From Solirubrobacterales bacterium (GTDB taxonomy: Bacteria; Actinomycetota; Thermoleophilia; Solirubrobacterales; 70-9): a stretch of DNA of 32,255 nucleotides. The stretch lies in the NCBI GenBank assembly GCA_035566275.1, contig DATMRN010000212.1:1-32255 (forward strand). Direction: 5' to 3'. Below, piece after piece: positions 1 to 8,388 of this stretch; position 1 is the stretch's first letter, and each line of letters starts with the position of its first letter. The position numbers were made by a program, and so were the translations under genes. The notes under the pieces were generated by a model. It ran no database searches and was not told where the DNA came from. It saw nothing but the letters and a program-made list of their open reading frames with translations.

Positions 1-434
1 GCTGATGGGCGACGTCGGCACCGGCAAGACGACGCTGGCGATGCTCGTCTCCAAGGCGGCGCTGCAGGATAGCCGCTCGGTCGCGATCTACTCGTTGCCG
101 AAGCTCCTTGCCCGGATCCGCCGCACCTACGACTCCGAGCCCGGTGGCGACTCCTACCTCTCCTTCTTCGAGCGCCTCACCTCGGTCGACCTGCTCCACA
201 TCGACGACCTCGGCGCTGAGAAGCGCTCGGACTGGGTCCTGGAGCAGCTACGCGCTGGTCAACGAGCGCTACGAGTCCCAGCGCTCGATGCTCGTCACCA
301 CCAACCTCGACCAGCAGCAGCTCGAGGAGCAGATCGGCCCGCGCACGGTGTCGCGCCTGGTCGAGATCTGCGGCGACCCCCTCCCGCTCTTCGGACCGGA
401 CCAGCGCGTCCAGGCACGCGCGGTCGGCGAGTAA
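1..434 (+). pseudogene. DnaC/IstB-family AAA+ ATPase (helicase-loader-like); 5-prime end lies outside the window; interrupted by a frameshift near 248-252
   Basis: The frame starting at nt 2/5 gives Walker A GDVGTGKTT and Walker B LLHIDDLG, then DWVLEQL. The family-typical continuation YALVNERYESQRSMLVTTNL...GPRTVSRL...GPDQR is in the next frame (track ORF 108..434, stop 432-434). The two halves abut at 248-251 (gag cag cta / tac gcg ctg), so one extra nt or two missing nt separate them. Confidence 0.6.
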
Positions 435-1814
<1,380 letters not shown>

Positions 1815-1874
1815 AGCCAGGGACGGCGAGGTACAGAGGTCGCGGTTTTTGGCTCTCTGCTCTACAGTTTTGGG

Positions 1875-2564
1875 GTGGCCTCCGGTAGACGCGCAGCCAA
1901 GGTGAATGAGCGGCTGCCGCGAGGGAGACACGGCTTGCCGCGGGAGGCGGTGACCGAGTCCCAGCGCAACCGCATCCACCAGGCGATGATCGAAGTCGTC
2001 TCCGAGCGGGGCTACCCCGATACGCGCGTGGTCGACGTGATCGGCGTCGCGGGAGTGTCGAGAAAGACGTTTTACGAGCTGTTCGACAGCAAGGAAGACT
2101 GCTTCCTGGCCGCCTACGACGTGCTGCTGGGGAATCTGCTGAGCGACACGGCCGGGGGCTTCGAGTCGAAGCCCGGGGCGCCCTGGGCGGAGCGCGTGGC
2201 GGCGGGCCTGGGGGCGCTTCTCGATCACCTGGCCGAGCACCCCGACGAGGGGCGGTTCGCGATCGTCGAGGTGCTGGCGGCGGGGCCGAAGGCGCTGGCG
2301 CGCCGGGACGCGGCGCTGCGGCAGTTCACCGGGTTCCTCGATGCCGGGCGCGCGGAGACCTCGGTGGAGCTGCCCGGGATCACCTCGCTGTCGCTGGCCG
2401 GCGGGATCAACGAGCTGCTCTACAGCGAGATCCTGCACGGGGCTGCGGCGCGGCTGCCGAGCCGGCTGCCGGACCTGATGTTCTGGGTGACGCTGCCGTT
2501 CCTGGGGGCCGAGGGAGCCGCCGCGGAGCGCGAGCGGACCCGGCTTTCGATGCTGGAGCGCTAG
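1875..2564 (+). CDS. TetR/AcrR-family transcriptional regulator
   Basis: 229-aa ORF with an N-terminal TetR helix-turn-helix (SQRNRIHQAMIEVVSERGYPDTRVVDVIGVAGVSRKTFYELFDSKEDCFLAAYD). Start is uncertain: GTG 1875 or GTG 1902. Confidence 0.85.
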   Translation: MASGRRAAKVNERLPRGRHGLPREAVTESQRNRIHQAMIEVVSERGYPDTRVVDVIGVAGVSRKTFYELFDSKEDCFLAAYDVLLGNLLSDTAGGFESKPGAPWAERVAAGLGALLDHLAEHPDEGRFAIVEVLAAGPKALARRDAALRQFTGFLDAGRAETSVELPGITSLSLAGGINELLYSEILHGAAARLPSRLPDLMFWVTLPFLGAEGAAAERERTRLSMLER

Positions 2565-2629
2565 CTCGGAACTTGTTAAGGCGCTCTTTTCTGTGAATGG
2601 CTGGGTTTATTTATTAGCCGATGCTGGTA

Positions 2630-2657
2630 CTTTGGCCCCTGGAGGGATAAGCCAAAG
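2630..2657. promoter_or_regulatory. inverted repeat CTTTGGC-N14-GCCAAAG upstream of paralog A (candidate operator or 5-prime UTR hairpin)
   Basis: CTTTGGC at 2630-2636 and its exact reverse complement GCCAAAG at 2651-2657. It lies in the AT-richer 147-nt gap between the TetR gene and ATG 2712. The same half-site forms a palindrome at 14360-14371. Confidence 0.25.
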
Positions 2658-2711
2658 CTTTCAATGGCCGGGGCTCGGGACGGGCAGGCCAAAAAGGAGA
2701 GATATAAGGAC

Positions 2712-3470
2712 ATGCGCAAGCATTTGACGTTGATATTCGCTCTGGGGGCCGTGATCGCGGTCACCGTGGCCGGAGTGGCGCTCGCCGCCGGCGAAAAGCC
2801 GGAAGTCATCCGGTTCGGGAACCTGGTCTTTACGATCAACGGCGGGGTCACGCCGAAGGCGCTGCCGAAGAACAAATTTGCGCCGATCAAGCTGAACGTG
2901 AGCGGCGGGATCGCCACCGTCGACGGCTCCCAGCCGCCGGCCCTGAAGGAAGTCATCGTCGACACCGACAAGAACGGCATGATCGAACCCAAGGGCGTGC
3001 CGACCTGCACATCCGGCAAGCTCCAGGCGCAGGACACCAAGCACGCCGAAGCTGCCTGCAGGAGCGCCATCGTCGGCAAGGGCAAAACCACGGTGCGCGT
3101 CGCGTTCCCCGAATCGACGCCGTTCAACGCCACCGGACCGCTGGTCGTCTTCAACGGCGGCCTCAAGGGCGGCGTGACGACGCTGTTCATCCATGCCTAC
3201 GTGGCCGTGCCGACCCCGACCGCGATCGTCACCACGGTCAAGATCACGAAGGAGCACAAGGGTCGCTTCGGCACGCACTCGGTCGCTTCGGTTCCGGTGA
3301 TCGCCGGCGGCAGCGGTTCGCCGACCAGCTTCAGCCTCGCCATCAACAGGCCGGGCTACCTGCTGGCCAAATGCCCCACCGGTAACTTCGTCGCCCAGGC
3401 TGAAGCCATTTTCCGCGACGGGACCAAGGTCAAGGGCGGCATCGTCCGCAAGTGCACGCCGAAGGGCTGA
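2712..3470 (+). CDS. secreted 4-Cys protein of unknown function, paralog A of a three-member family
   Basis: Track ORF 2664..3470. Preferred start is ATG 2712, because MRKHLTLIFALGAVIAVTVAGVALA is a Sec-type signal peptide and AAGGAG lies at 2694-2699. The mature part is beta-strand-like with 4 Cys. It is clearly homologous to 18628..19383 and 14392..15171 (blocks LPxKxFAPI, DGSxPxxLxEVxxDxD, KGVPTC, ACRxAIVGxG, VFNG, AGGxG, C-terminal C). Confidence 0.8.
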   Translation: MRKHLTLIFALGAVIAVTVAGVALAAGEKPEVIRFGNLVFTINGGVTPKALPKNKFAPIKLNVSGGIATVDGSQPPALKEVIVDTDKNGMIEPKGVPTCTSGKLQAQDTKHAEAACRSAIVGKGKTTVRVAFPESTPFNATGPLVVFNGGLKGGVTTLFIHAYVAVPTPTAIVTTVKITKEHKGRFGTHSVASVPVIAGGSGSPTSFSLAINRPGYLLAKCPTGNFVAQAEAIFRDGTKVKGGIVRKCTPKG

Positions 3471-3496
3471 GGGGGGAGCCTCGCCGTTCGACGCAC

Positions 3497-3525
3497 GGGA
3501 GGCGCGGCGGAAAGTCGCGCCTCCC
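3497..3525 (+). terminator. GC-rich hairpin 27 nt after the paralog A stop (candidate intrinsic terminator)
   Basis: GGGAGGCGCG (3497-3506) pairs perfectly with CGCGCCTCCC (3516-3525), with a 9-nt loop. It is followed by AAGTCTTTCC, so there is no clean U-tract. Confidence 0.4.
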
Positions 3526-3553
3526 AAGTCTTTCCTCAGGACAGGCAAGGGAC

Positions 3554-3584
3554 AAGAAGGGCGGCCAAACGGGCCGCCCTTCTT
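3554..3584 (+). terminator. 13-bp perfect hairpin (candidate intrinsic, possibly bidirectional, terminator)
   Basis: AAGAAGGGCGGCC (3554-3566) pairs with GGCCGCCCTTCTT (3572-3584), with a 5-nt loop. The A-rich 5-prime arm and CUUCUU 3-prime arm resemble terminator A/U tracts. Confidence 0.45.
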
Positions 3585-3648
3585 CATGCCCGGAAACCGG
3601 GCGTTCGGCTTCCGCGATCATCCTGACCGAGCGTGACGACGAGCGCTG

Positions 3649-3949
3649 ATGCTCTACCTCGACGCGAGCGCGCTCGTCAAGCGCTACGTCGAGGAGGAGG
3701 GAAGCGAGGTCGTGCTGGAGGCGATGGATACTTACTGCGAACGCTTGGTCGATGTGCCGAATCGGCTATGCGGAGACAGTCCGCGCCGTCGCCCTGGCGG
3801 GAGGCCGAAGCGCCGTCAAGAGGGTCGAGCGAGACTGGCTCGCCTTCGACGTGATCGAGGTCGACCGCGCCGTCGCCGAGCACGCGGCGGAGCTGGCCCC
3901 TCTGCATGCGCGAGTTTGGCTCTTCTGGATGCCGCCATGGTCAACGTGA
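3649..3949 (+). pseudogene. degraded PIN-domain (VapC-like) toxin gene with at least two frameshifts and a lost 3-prime end
   Basis: Frame 1 starts with MLYLDASALVKRYVEEEGSEVVLEAMD, a typical PIN N-terminus with the first acidic residue. The continuation ILTANAWSMCRIGYAETVRAVALAGG...VERDWLAFDVIEVDRAVAEHAAELA is in frame 2, so the first shift lies near 3727-3735. A possible LALLDAAMV (conserved Asp block) is back in frame 1 from about 3916. No recognisable PIN C-terminus follows, and GC content drops at about 3950. Confidence 0.55.
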
Positions 3950-3967
3950 TGACCCAATGCAGCCCTG

Positions 3968-4612
3968 TTACCGCAGCGTCAGTGTGTCTGGCGGTTCAGT
4001 ACCCGCGTCCCGAATTGTAAAGACGTTATTGGCGACCCGCGCTGTCGCCACGGCTCCGTGGGTGTGCACCAGCGCCTTGTGGACTCGATCAGGAACCACT
4101 CCGACAATGAGTCGGGTGCCACGCATGCCTTGCGGACCTACTTCAGGAAGTGAGGTTACGGCGACTCCGCTTGCGAGGGCCTGCCTTGTAGTTGCACACG
4201 TTGCGCTTGCAATACGAAGGCTTATTTGCTCCACAATGCAAAGATGTCCGTTCCCGGGAACGGCCCAAAAGTCACGGTGTGCGGCTACAGGCAGTCGATG
4301 AGCGAGCGACCAGTTCATGCCCTGAACGGGTCTTCGCAAGAGCCTTGTTACCTTAACAGGGAGATCCTCGGGAGGTGTGCGAAGTAATGCAAAATTCGCA
4401 ACTTGCTGCGGTTCTACGTATTGGACCACGGCGACTGAGATGGGACTCCCCTTTGTGGAGTTGCTAGGTCGCAGATAGGTCGCATGGTTTAGCGCTGTCG
4501 TTGGCGGCTGGCTGTCCCACAGGATCCACCAGAGACCGAAAGTGCCGATGAGAACCGACGCAAGCAGGCCGGCACCGAGGCGCCGGCCTGCTTGCGAGTA
4601 AACCTTATCCAT
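3968..4612 (-). CDS. hypothetical membrane-anchored protein (single N-terminal TM)
   Basis: 214-aa ORF in the low-GC insert. The N-terminus MDKVYSQAGRRLGAGLLASVLIGTFGLWWILW is a signal-anchor. I recognise no family motif. The SD is weak. Confidence 0.6.
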   Translation of the reverse strand: MDKVYSQAGRRLGAGLLASVLIGTFGLWWILWDSQPPTTALNHATYLRPSNSTKGSPISVAVVQYVEPQQVANFALLRTPPEDLPVKVTRLLRRPVQGMNWSLAHRLPVAAHRDFWAVPGNGHLCIVEQISLRIASATCATTRQALASGVAVTSLPEVGPQGMRGTRLIVGVVPDRVHKALVHTHGAVATARVANNVFTIRDAGTEPPDTLTLR

Positions 4613-4655
4613 AGCGCAGCATCAACCTTGCGTGATTGATTTAGCTGAGCGGCTG

Positions 4656-5084
4656 CTACCAGATTTCCTTGCCGCTGATGTGGGCACTGGCGCCGGTGGT
4701 GTTGTTTCGAACGATCCCCTTCAAATTTCGTTCGTAACCGAGGTAGAGAAATTGTTCGCCTTCGGGGCCGAAGGTACAATGCCAAGAGGTGACAAGTCCT
4801 TCCGATGTGTTGAGTGCGTCTACACAAGCGCTGTGCTCATGGGAATATACCCACACACCGCCAAGGAATGCCCGCACCGTCGACTTGCATCGGTCTCCAG
4901 CCTGCCCGTACGGCGCAGCCCAGTAGTTGGTGCAGAAGTTTTGTTCGATAGCACTGGCTTTCGAAATAGGTCCGGCCGAGAGCCAGATGGATGTGAGCAG
5001 AGCGAACATGCAGGTAGTAAGCAACAGTACTCGAGTTGTACCCTTTCCACCAGCGAACGCTCCGTATGTCTGCGTTCTACTCAT
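4656..5084 (-). CDS. hypothetical small secreted Cys-containing protein
   Basis: 142-aa ORF. AGGAG (complement of 5091-5095) lies 6 nt upstream of ATG 5084. Signal peptide TRVLLLTTCMFALLTSIWLSAGPISKASA, then a ~97-aa mature part with 4 Cys. Codon usage is atypical for this window. Confidence 0.7.
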   Translation of the reverse strand: MSRTQTYGAFAGGKGTTRVLLLTTCMFALLTSIWLSAGPISKASAIEQNFCTNYWAAPYGQAGDRCKSTVRAFLGGVWVYSHEHSACVDALNTSEGLVTSWHCTFGPEGEQFLYLGYERNLKGIVRNNTTGASAHISGKEIW

Positions 5085-5134
5085 TTCGTTCTCCTAGTGA
5101 TAGATGGTTAACACGTCGATCAGGTTGTGGGAGA

Positions 5135-5164
5135 ACTCTAAAATGTTCTAAAGAACTTTTGCAA
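5135..5164 (-). promoter_or_regulatory. candidate sigma-70-type promoter for 4656..5084
   Basis: On the minus strand: TTGCAA (5164-5159), an 18-nt spacer, then TAGAGT (5140-5135), about 50 nt upstream of ATG 5084. The spacer contains the inverted repeat GTTCT-N2-AGAAC (5145-5156). Confidence 0.35.
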
Positions 5165-5422
5165 GTCGAGTGGACGGATGGTTGATGTCACCCGAAAGGA
5201 AGTTTGATGCTGGTCAACGTCAACCTTCCTCGCCGCACTGGCCGCATCTATGAGACCTTTATGACCACGGACTTCTGATCAGGCCAATGGAGAGACGGAG
5301 GCAGGGTAGTCGCTCGCAGACGTATGCTTGTACGAACAATCCCGGGGCGAGGAGGCTACGAAGTACTGGATTTATGCCGGCCACCGCCGGCCCTACCCCG
5401 CCCCCACGACAGACGCTGATTC

Positions 5423-6976
5423 CTACTTGCCCTGCTGTTCGAAGGCGTGCTGGTAGGTGGTGGGGGAGCCGGGTTTGCCGATCGGGTTGAAGGGGGCCTG
5501 CTGGGTGCAGCCCGGAGCTGGGAGCGTAGCGGTGTTGGTCTGTTCGGCGAAGGCGTATTTCTTGAGGCGGTTAAAGAAGTCGGTAGCTTTTTTGACATCG
5601 CCTTCGGTGCGTTCGTTGAAGGCGGGTTCGTTGGGGGTGTTGGGGTTGAGCGAGGCGGTGACCCCGGAGCTGCACTGGCGGGTCTCGAAGCTGGGCAGCC
5701 CGCTGGCGACGTTGTTTGCAAAGAGCGGCTGGCTGTAGGCGCTGGCCCGGTTGGTGGTGAGGCGGCGCTTGAAGGTGGAAAGCGCTTCCGGGTTGAGCGG
5801 CCCCATCGCACGCAAGTAGTGGATCTTTTCGCCTTTTTCGTTTTCGATCGGCAGGACCGCGTGGCTCGCCGCGGCCAAATTGGCCATCACCCCGGTGATC
5901 TCGTGCTTGTAGAGACCGAGGCCGGCGAGGATCGGGTTGAGGTTGCGCAGGAAGGGGTCGAGTGCGCGCAGGAACGGCGGGAACTGGTCGCGGAAGAGCT
6001 TGCGCAGGGCCGGGAAGGCGGTCGGGGCGCGGGCGATCACCGGGGCGAGGCCTTCGAAGAAGCCCTTCGCCTGCGGGGCCAGGTTGGAGAAGGCGATCAG
6101 GGTCGGGGAAAGCTGTTCGGCGGCGGGGACGAGCTGGCGCATCAGCGGGTCGGCGTCGAGCGCGAAGGTTTTGAGGCGGGCCAGGGTCGCCTTCGACTCG
6201 TCGAGGAAGGTCGGGAAGGCGCGGAAGAGAGCTTCGATGTCGCGGTCGCGCCGGGCGGTGGTCTGGAAGACCGTGTTGGAGTTGCGGATCAGGCTGGCCA
6301 GCTCTCCCTGGCGGCCGCGCAGCGCCTCCAGGGCGACGGCGCCGTTGCTGAACAGCTGGCGGACCGCGAGGCGCTGGGTGTCGAGGACGCGGAAGAGCCG
6401 GTCGAATTCGGTGAAGGTCGGGTTGAGCTCGCCCAGCGCGGTGGAAAACGCTTCGCCCTGGCCGCCGATCGCGACGGCGGCTTCCTGCTGCCAGGACTGG
6501 AAGGCGGCGCGCGTCTTGGCGTTGAAGGTGCGGAAGATCTCGTCGAGCTGGACCGACTGGGCGACGTGCGCGGTGGGCAGGGTGGCTCCGTCGGCGAGCT
6601 TCGGGCCGTTGCGGTCGCCGGGAGTGAGTTCGACGTAGGTCTCGCCGAGCAGGGTCTTGGTGCGGAGGATCGCCCGCGTCGACTCCGGCAGCGGCGCGTA
6701 CTTGTCGTCGATTTCGAGCGTCGCCAGCGCCTGCTTGCGGTTCGGCGCCAGAGCGATGTCGTGGACTTTGCCGATGTTGACGCCGGAGACCCGCACGTCG
6801 GACTGTTCGGCGAGCTGGGTCGCCTCGTCGAAGGGGACCTTGACCTCGTAGGATTTCGCCTTGAACGGGGTCGGCCCGCCGAAGGTGACCCAAAGGAAGA
6901 GCAGGATGCCGAAGCAGGACAGCGCGAAGCCGGCGATGACGAGGAGCTGGGTTGTGCTGGGCGCGCGCTTGCTCAT
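5423..6976 (-). CDS. Mce-family protein, 6th of six
   Basis: 517 aa. ATGA overlap at 6973-6976. TM LLVIAGFALSCFGILLFLWV, then an MCE domain (YEVKVPFDEATQLAEQSDVRVSGVNIGKVHDI...LRTKTLLGETYVELTPG). Confidence 0.93.
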   Translation of the reverse strand: MSKRAPSTTQLLVIAGFALSCFGILLFLWVTFGGPTPFKAKSYEVKVPFDEATQLAEQSDVRVSGVNIGKVHDIALAPNRKQALATLEIDDKYAPLPESTRAILRTKTLLGETYVELTPGDRNGPKLADGATLPTAHVAQSVQLDEIFRTFNAKTRAAFQSWQQEAAVAIGGQGEAFSTALGELNPTFTEFDRLFRVLDTQRLAVRQLFSNGAVALEALRGRQGELASLIRNSNTVFQTTARRDRDIEALFRAFPTFLDESKATLARLKTFALDADPLMRQLVPAAEQLSPTLIAFSNLAPQAKGFFEGLAPVIARAPTAFPALRKLFRDQFPPFLRALDPFLRNLNPILAGLGLYKHEITGVMANLAAASHAVLPIENEKGEKIHYLRAMGPLNPEALSTFKRRLTTNRASAYSQPLFANNVASGLPSFETRQCSSGVTASLNPNTPNEPAFNERTEGDVKKATDFFNRLKKYAFAEQTNTATLPAPGCTQQAPFNPIGKPGSPTTYQHAFEQQGK

Positions 6977-8388
6977 AGGTGAGAGTGGGGCCCGCAGCCG
7001 GAGCCCGGTATTTCGGGATCTGCAGGGATTTCGGGTAGGTCTTTGGGGCGCGGAACGCGGGCGGCTTGGAGGAGCGTCTTGAGGAACGGCCTGACTTCGG
7101 CGAATCCGTAGGCGAGATTGGAGGCGTTGCAGGAAATCATGACGAGGCCGCGCTGTACCGGACCGCCTGCGTCCTGCAGGTTGAAGTCGGCGTTGAGGTC
7201 GTGGTTTAGCCAGGGCAGGTAGAAGAGGTAGCTCTGCTTCGAGCCCTTCGGCTTGAAGGCAAGCTCGTTAAAGAAGGTGTTGAGGCCGCCCAGCGATTCG
7301 CCGAAGCCGGTCACCGTCTTCTTCAGCGCGCCGGAGCCTTCGTTGGCGTGGGTGAGCACTGGGCGGATCTGGCGGGTGAAGGGCCGGATCTGGTCGCGGA
7401 TCGGCGCCGTGGTCTGCTTGAAGAAGCGCTCGGTGGCGGCGAAGGCCGGGGTCAGCGCCTGCGCCTGCGGGATCAGGCCGAAGAGGGCCGGACGGGCGAC
7501 GGTGGAGAAGCGGTTGGAGCTGGCGAGGCCGGCCTTCGCGACCTGGAGGGTGGCCGGGAATTCGCGCAAGGCGGCCTGGATCGATTCCTGCTGGTTGGCG
7601 AAGTTGCCCAGCGCGGCGTTCGAGGAGGTGACGAAGCGCCGGATCTCGGAGTCGTGGCGGCCCAGTTCGGTGGTGAGCAGAGAGAAGTCGTGGATCGCCC
7701 GGGCGAGCGCGACGTGGCGTTTGGCGACGGCGCCGTTGAGTTTGGCGATGTAGTGGGCAAAGGGCTGGAGGCGACGGAAGGCGCCGGAGAGCTGGCGCCC
7801 GTGGCCGCCGATCCCCTGGGCGCCGCCGGCGAGCAGCAGCTGCAGGTACTGGCGGGTGTCGCCGTCGAGGGTGGCGAGGAACTGATCGAAGTTGACGTTC
7901 GGTTCGGTGCGGGAGAGGGGGATGTTGGCGCCGTTTTCGATATGTCCCCTGCCGCTCCCCGGGTCGACCTCGACCACCATGTCGTTGAGGTTGGTCTTCG
8001 GCCGCAGCAGCAGGGTCGCGTTGTGGTGGATCAGCTGCATGTACTTGGGCACGATTTCCATGCCGACGACGGCGTGGCCGTCTTCGAGGTTGACCGAGGC
8101 GACTTTGCCGATCTGGATACCGGCGATGTCGACCGCCTGGCCCTGCCCGGGGGTGACCGCCTGCGCGGTTGTGAACTCGGCGCTGATGTGCTCATAGGTT
8201 TCGCCGACGAAGGGCAGCCAGGAGGGCAGCGAGGCCTTTTGCTGGATGAAGATGCCGAGCATCATCGCGATGCCGAGCACGGTGAGGACGACGATCGCGA
8301 TCGTGTCTTTGCCACGGCCGCGGGCCTGGCGGCCGAGCGAGGCGCGGAAGTGCTTGAAGCGGCTTTTCTCGGGGGCGTTCTCGCTCAT
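6973..8388 (-). CDS. Mce-family protein, 5th of six
   Basis: 471 aa. ATGA overlap at 8385-8388. TM IAIVVLTVLGIAMMLGIFI, then an MCE domain (ISAEFTTAQAVTPGQGQAVDIAGIQIGKVASV...LRPKTNLNDMVVEVDPG). Confidence 0.92.
   Translation of the reverse strand: MSENAPEKSRFKHFRASLGRQARGRGKDTIAIVVLTVLGIAMMLGIFIQQKASLPSWLPFVGETYEHISAEFTTAQAVTPGQGQAVDIAGIQIGKVASVNLEDGHAVVGMEIVPKYMQLIHHNATLLLRPKTNLNDMVVEVDPGSGRGHIENGANIPLSRTEPNVNFDQFLATLDGDTRQYLQLLLAGGAQGIGGHGRQLSGAFRRLQPFAHYIAKLNGAVAKRHVALARAIHDFSLLTTELGRHDSEIRRFVTSSNAALGNFANQQESIQAALREFPATLQVAKAGLASSNRFSTVARPALFGLIPQAQALTPAFAATERFFKQTTAPIRDQIRPFTRQIRPVLTHANEGSGALKKTVTGFGESLGGLNTFFNELAFKPKGSKQSYLFYLPWLNHDLNADFNLQDAGGPVQRGLVMISCNASNLAYGFAEVRPFLKTLLQAARVPRPKDLPEIPADPEIPGSGCGPHSHL

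Larger units (their letters stand above)
3950..5420. other. low-GC insert (probable horizontally acquired segment) with two orphan genes and AT-rich non-coding DNA
   Basis: Composition changes visibly: 5101-5160 is 22/60 G+C versus 46/60 at 6001-6060. The left edge coincides with the truncated vapC remnant and the right edge with the stop of the last mce gene. Boundaries are approximate. Confidence 0.6.

Noticed and set aside
1-434. Interpretation as IstB of an IS21-family insertion sequence
   Set aside because: No IstA transposase or inverted repeats are visible in the window. The sequence (EKRSDWVLEQL, NLDQQQLEEQIGPRTVSRL) fits DnaC/DnaI-like loaders at least as well as IstB. This cannot be settled without the upstream sequence.
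3452-3649. 65-aa ORF ending in TGATG overlap with the vapC remnant, considered as the VapB antitoxin
   Set aside because: The translation is Arg/Gly/Ser-rich, runs through two terminator-like hairpins and overlaps the end of paralog A. Only the last ~11 codons could be an antitoxin remnant.
4632-5111. 159-aa plus-strand ORF in the low-GC insert
   Set aside because: It is antisense to the 4656..5084 ORF, which has a signal peptide, a strong SD and a promoter. The plus-strand frame has none of these.
5131-5156. GAAC/GTTC-containing repeats (also GTTCGAAC at 14371-14378) considered as LexA Cheo boxes
   Set aside because: The Gram-positive SOS box is GAAC-N4-GTTC. Here the arms are spaced by 8 nt (GAACTCTAAAATGTTC) or are in the inverted order with no spacer, so they do not fit.
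5377-5392. GCCGGC-CACC-GCCGGC hairpin as the terminator of the mce operon
   Set aside because: It has only a 6-bp stem with no U-tract on the minus strand, which is too weak to call.
5447-6982. 511-aa plus-strand ORF. Similar plus-strand ORFs occur at 7348..8463, 8787..9908, 9938..11332, 11950..13008 and 12885..14189.
   Set aside because: All are antisense shadows of the mce genes. Their translations are Gly/Arg/Glu/Ala-rich with no motifs, whereas the minus-strand frames carry TM plus MCE domains and coupled start/stop overlaps.
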